Assembly: GCF_006345805.1 (NCBI RefSeq)
Contig: NC_043007.1
Coordinates: 45,570,001 to 45,634,000, forward strand
Length of the DNA: 64,000 nucleotides
Origin: Octopus sinensis
Taxonomy: Eukaryota
Reading direction: 5' to 3'
The translations under genes were made by a program, and so were the position numbers. Every line of letters starts with the position of its first letter. Position 1 is the first letter of the stretch. The notes beneath the pieces were generated by a model, which did no database searches, had not been told where the DNA came from, and saw only the letters and a program-made list of their open reading frames with translations. Shown here piece after piece: positions 57,721-64,000 of the stretch.

Positions 57721-58879
57721 TTGGTAGTGATAAATTTTAAATCATTCACCTCCACTAACAGGAACCACACTCACATACACACACACACACGCACACACAT
57801 GCACACATACATACACACGCACACACACATGTGCAACCGTCTAGTACCAGGTCTTGGTTTTAGCGACACATCGGGCGGATTTAGAACCACGTTATCGAAT
57901 ATGACCTGTTTGCAAGACAAACGTGAATGATTCGAGATCGATTCGATTGCTGTTTCTAGGAAATTGAACGACAGCTTAGACCCCCAACATCTTTGATGTC
58001 GTTAATGACTGTAGAAATGCTGGTGAGGTTGTGAGAACGTCGTCTAGGTATATAAATTAAAAAGAACGAATGACAAGACGGATCCTCGCAGTACTGCACT
58101 TCGGAAATTAGATTTCGGTAGTGTTGCTATTGTATTCTATATTGGCTTGGCAACATAGTGATAGATCACAGCCAAAGTTTTTGTCTGTTTTTTTTTAAGG
58201 TCTTATGATGTTTCGTTTATAAATGAGTGTTGTTGCTTGTGATGATTTTTGTTCTTTTTGTTCCTATTGCTGTTTATGATTTTTATGATGGTAAATCTGT
58301 GTATTTTTCGAGTAGTTGATGTTTTAGTTTTCTGGATGTCGTTGGCTCCAGACAAATAGACTCAAAGTTGCAAAGAGAAGTAAATAAGACGCATAGGCTT
58401 TAAATATGGCCGACACTTAAATAAACAATATCAGTGCAGAAGTAGTATATTTCATCTGCCATGGATAATACCAGGACTAAGGAGTAATTATGTTGTCATT
58501 TGGCATGCCAGAAATAACAATCAAGTTTCTTTTAATCCACGTTTTACTTATCGCTCCAATTAAAAACAAAAGCAATCTTTAAAATAGTGCAACATATCTT
58601 TAGAAATGACGGATGGACATGATTAATGTTTTGATCATAAATCTATCCTGACCAAGGGCTAAATGGCAACAGAAAGAATAGAAAACAGTACTCTACGCAT
58701 TAGCCCCAGGAGTTGAAAGCTGATACTCTCCCACGCAGTACCAAATCATTGGCTGAAAGATTTTCAAAATTAAGGAGCTCCTTGACTCATCAATCTCTGG
58801 AACAATTTATAACTCACCAAAATCCTTTACACCACTCCCCTAAATCCATAATCCGTCTACTCAGCCCAAAATACAATAA

Positions 58880-58953
<74 letters not shown>

Positions 58954-58967
58954 TATAGATATATATA

Positions 58968-59751
58968 GGGGTAAAATATGAAAAATCAACGAAAATGCAT
59001 ATTGTAGATAGAAAAAGGCTAACTGTGGAACATGCCCCCACCTTCTGGAGGGTTCAGAATTCCAATTCAAACAAGGAGAAATATTTAAGATCAAATCAAA
59101 TTTCACCTGCGCCTCAGCAAATGTAATCTATGTCATGACATGCATAGGATGTGGTAAACTCTATATTGGACAAACAGGAATTTCGCTCCGTCAAAGAATC
59201 ACCATTCACAAAGAGCAAATCCGTCACCCACAATACAGACAGTTAAAGGTGAGTGAACACATAGAAAGATGTGCCAGGAATCTTAATCCCAATTTCCAAA
59301 TATTTCCCTTTTATCAATGCTCACAGAACACCACAATGCAACAAAGGTTGAATAAAGAGTCATTTTTCATCAACAAATTTCTCCCCCAACTAAATATGAA
59401 CACACAACTCAATACAGAACACCTCTAACTCTTCAATTTAAACCCTATACACTTTCTACAAGACTCACATCTTGAATTCCAGAACTACTTACCTCCCTTA
59501 CCTATAATCCAGAACTAGTTACCTCCCTTACAAATGATCTCTTTTCTCAGGAACTATTAGACCTGACACCGTTTATTAACCGGTGTTCTTCAAACGATGA
59601 ATAGCCCACGCGGAAACCAATTTGTCCGTTTTGGTCTCTTACTTTATTATTATTATTAACTTCTTATAATCATCTCATAATAATGACCTTTATGACTCAA
59701 TCTAAATGTATATATTTGTCACTATCTGTCATAAATAGCCTTTTTCTATCT
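58968..59751 (+). mobile_element. 5'-truncated Penelope-like element
   Basis: GIY-YIG frame, 3' UTR, decayed hammerhead at 59592-59631 (AAACG-ATGAATA..GAAA-C..GTC-CGTTT); 59006-59021 is the exact reverse complement of 59736-59751. Confidence 0.88.
59021..59428 (+). pseudogene. PLE GIY-YIG endonuclease domain (open frame, no RT)
   Basis: NCGTCPHL...FTCASANVIYVMTCIGCGKLYIGQTGISLRQRITIH...NKESFFINKFLPQLN. Confidence 0.92.
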
Positions 59752-60437
59752 TCTATCACGCTACAGCTTGAAAATAAAAACACTGTATTTCAAAGTATAG
59801 TAGTTCATTCTGTCTTCCAGCAGATAAAGCATTTTCCTCATACAAATAAAACGCTTTATCTGCTGGAAGGCTGCTTTTGTAGTAGGTGCCTGATTCAGGC
59901 ATGGGTCATAGTTTTATACGATCAAGACTAACGGGAGTTAGACAAGAACAATTTGTTTGACCTCGAATATTACAGTAATTGTAGTAACGATAATCTCAAA
60001 AACGAAAACCGCAAATAGATAGCTGACGCGATAATCGCCCCCAACACCTGGTACAGACGCGATCCTTGAGTAGGCGGATATGTTCTCATGTAAAGTCGGC
60101 GGCACTACATATTTCTTTTCTTTTCACACACACTTTCTCACACACACAAACACACTAACACAAACGTAAACGCTTACACATATACAAATACACACGCACG
60201 CACGCACATACACACGTACACACAAACACATGTTTTTATATATTATATATGCATAGTGTAGACGTTATAACATGTAGCAGGCTGAATACATTCAATTTAA
60301 TTCAGAATTTGTTATGCAATTGTAATACTGTTGTGCAATACGATTGTATAAATATGCATATGTATAATAATATTTTATATACATATGCATAAATACTTAC
60401 TAGCACTTACTTACACATATGTACGTGAACATATATA

Positions 60438-60493
<56 letters not shown>

Positions 60494-60494
60494 G

Positions 60495-60561
<67 letters not shown>

Positions 60562-60704
60562 ATATATATATATTCATATATATACATATATATCTATATA
60601 TATACTCATATATATACATATATATCTATATACATAGAGTGTCAAACTTTTATAATTGCTTGTCGTTCCATCACCTATATCGTCTTCGTTTTTCTATAAA
60701 TTTG

Positions 60705-60764
<60 letters not shown>

Positions 60765-60785
<21 letters not shown>

Positions 60786-61147
60786 ATATATATATTTACT
60801 CACGCATCTATGTACATACATATATATGCATGCATGTGTGTGTATGTATTTGTGAATGCGTGAGTGATTCTGTGTATATGTGTGTGTGTATTTAGGAGTG
60901 AAAGTAAACATTTTTACTTTTAGAGGTTGAAATTTCCTGGATCAATTTGGTTTCAAGCTTTTGAAACCTTTAAACTGCAGGTAATCAATTACTGTAGGTG
61001 AACAGCAAATTTATACATTTATTCCCGCTGAAGTTTATATAAAAATGATACAAGTTACATGCAGTGTATAGTTGTATATACATCTTGTTTTCAAGATGCA
61101 TACATACATACATATATATGCATACACACACACACACACACACACAC

Positions 61148-61178
<31 letters not shown>

Positions 61179-61568
61179 CTTTTATCGTTTATATTTTATT
61201 GTTTCAGTCACTGGACTGCGGCCATGCAGGGGCACCGCTTTGAGGAATTTTAGTCGAATTAATCGACCACAGTACCTATTTTCTTTTTAAGCCTGGTACT
61301 TATCCCATCGTTCTCTTTTGCCGAACCGCCAAGTTACGGGGACGTAAACACATCGACGCTGGTTGTTAATAGATGGTGGGATAGTGTCAGACATAGAAAG
61401 ACAGACACACACACTCTCACAGAGAAACATCTCATATCATATATGTAAATATATATATATATTATATATATATATGCATATGCGCATATATATGTATGTC
61501 TTTGTATATGTGTATATAGATCTAGACATACACACATATACATATATACATACATATATATATTTATG

Positions 61569-61602
<34 letters not shown>

Positions 61603-61937
61603 ATATATATATTTACTCACGCATCTATGTACATACATATATATGCATGCATGTGTGTGTATGTATTTGTGAATGCGTGAGTGATTCTGTGTATATGTGT
61701 GTGTGTATTTAGGAGTGAAAGTAAACATTTTTACTTTTAGAGGTTGAAATTTCCTGGATCAATTTGGTTTCAAGCTTTTGAAACCTTTAAACTGCAGGTA
61801 ATCAATTACTGTAGGTGAACAGCAAATTTATACATTTATTCCCGCTGAAGTTTATATAAAAATGATACAAGTTACATGCAGTGTATAGTTGTATATACAT
61901 CTTGTTTTCAAGATGCATACATACATACATATATATG

Positions 61938-61994
<57 letters not shown>

Positions 61995-62400
61995 CTTTTA
62001 TCGTTTATATTTTATTGTTTCAGTCACTGGACTGCGGCCATGCAGGGGCACCGCTTTGAGGAATTTTAGTCGAATTAATCGACCACAGTACCTATTTTCT
62101 TTTTAAGCCTGGTACTTATCCCATCGTTCTCTTTTGCCGAACCGCCAAGTTACGGGGACGTAAACACATCGACGCTGGTTGTTAATAGATGGTGGGATAG
62201 TGTCAGACATAGAAAGACAGACACACACACTCTCACAGAGAAACATCTCATATCATATATGTAAATATATATATATATATATATATGCATATGCGCATAT
62301 ATATGTATGTCTTTGTATATGTGTATATAGATCTAGACATACACACATATACATATATACATACATATATATATATTTATGTATTTATATATATATATAT
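60765..62400. repeat. Near-perfect tandem duplication, period about 817 bp, including a SINE A fragment
   Basis: 60781-61580 recurs at 61598-62395; differences mainly in microsatellite length. Confidence 0.95.
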
Positions 62401-62403
62401 ATA

Positions 62404-62468
<65 letters not shown>

Positions 62469-63129
62469 TGTGTGTATATATGTTCGTGCTTATCTGAAAT
62501 GTAATAGCGCTGTGAACGGAATTCGTAGGTTGAGGTTATCTAAATTATGTCATCTATGTATTTACCCTCCCCTTCCCTCCCAGTGCCACCATCACCTTCT
62601 CTTGAATACATTTCATTGTCTGCCTACCCTTGGGAATATGCAGTAACTTTTATATTTTATATGAAGGGCAACGTTTTCCCGCCTGCCGTTGATATAAGCT
62701 TACCTGATCTCTGGTCGTAGACCCGGTAATCATATCCTATAGCTTTTCAGGACTGAATACCCATGGCAGTCTGTAAGGAACTACATTGCTAGGTGGTTTT
62801 TATAGAGATTTTATACAATGTGACAGTTAAAATCTCTCAGCCAACAACTTGTACAATCCATTTTCTAGAATACGGCACACAATCCATTTCACCATTTCCA
62901 TTCACAAACTTTGAGTTTAAAACAATTCCAAGCTGTGCACCTGCATGGCCGCAGTCAAATGACTGAAACAAGTAAAAGAAGATAAAAGATTTTGGTAGGA
63001 GATATTAAAGTCAAGACACAGCGCAGTGGGATCGAAACAATGATCAGATGATTGCGAGATTAGCTGCTTACCGCAGCAAAGCTTCCTTTTGTAATTAATT
63101 TCAATTTTTTGTAATTTAAGTTCAAATCT

Positions 63130-64000
63130 GGTAGTTTTGATGGGAAGGTATTAGTCGATATCACATACCTCAGTAATTGACTGTTACCTTATTTTATCGG
63201 CCCCGGAAAGACGAAAGGCAAAGATGAAATAAGCTGGAATTGAACCCAGAATGTAAAGAGGCAGAAGAAAATCCTAAAAGTATTTTTTCCAACGCCCTAA
63301 TCAATTCTTCCAATTCACTGCCTTAGAATGAAGATGATTATGATGATAAAGATGTTGACGGGGATGATAGATTCAAAGTTTGGCTCGAGGCCAGCAAGTT
63401 CGGAGGATGGGGTAAGTCGATTATATAGACCCCAGTATTCAACTGGTACTTATTTTTATCGATTTCGAAAGCATGAAAGGCAAAGTCGACCTCGGCGAAA
63501 TTTGAACTCGGGAAGACGGGCGAAATGCCGCTAAGTATTTTGCACGCCATGCTAACGATTCTGCCTTGCTCGCCGACTTGATAATGATAATAATAATCCT
63601 TTCTATTATAGGCACAAGGCCAGAAATTTGAAGGAGGGGGTGTTGTCGATTACATAGACACCAGTTTTCAGCTAGTACTTATTTTATCGACCCCGAAATA
63701 ATGAAAGGCAAAGTCGACCTCGGCGGAACATGAACTCAGAACGTAAGGACGGACAAATACCGATAAGCATTTTGCCCGGCATGCTAACACCTCTGCCAGC
63801 TCTCCACCATGATAACAATAACAATAACAACAACAACAACAACAATGATAATAATAGTCTTTTCTACTCAAGGCATAAGGCCAGAAATTTTGAGGGAAGG
63901 GGCCAATCGATTAGATCGACCCCAGTACGCAACTGGTACTTAATTTATCGGCCCCAGAAGGATGAAAGGCAAAGTCGATCTCGGCGGAATTTAAACTCAG
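63130..64000 (-). mobile_element. Head-to-tail cluster of four SINE family B copies
   Basis: gaaaggcaaag occurs four times (three as gaaaggcaaagtcgaYctcggcg), separated by (AAT/AAC/GAT)n; last copy cut by the window end. Confidence 0.9.

Noticed and set aside
57028-57930. Gly-rich or Pro/Thr-rich protein
   Set aside because: (ACC)n low complexity, open on both strands; no coding evidence.

Overview
Eukaryotic, AT-rich, repeat-saturated DNA with no recognisable host protein-coding exon (intergenic or intronic). The SINE families and extreme microsatellite load resemble Octopus DNA (recognised from memory, not searched). Almost all listed ORFs are microsatellite read-throughs. Supported content: three tRNA-headed SINE families, four mariner remnants, two non-autonomous Helitrons, hAT- and pogo-type MITEs, two R4/Dong-clade retrotransposon fragments in (TAA)n, a short Gypsy RT remnant, two Penelope-like (PLE) GIY-YIG fragments, minisatellites and four local tandem duplications. 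The strongest signal is one architecture seen five times (14.6, 20.5, 46.3, 50.3 and 59.0 kb): a 3' module with a type I hammerhead ribozyme motif, preceded by an inverted partial copy of itself. Two instances carry PLE endonuclease sequence and three are non-coding. One non-coding instance has an intact catalytic core; another has a tRNA-derived Pol III head fused to the hammerhead module, a candidate PLE-mobilised SINE/retrozyme. Coordinates were read by eye, and boundaries of degenerate elements are approximate.
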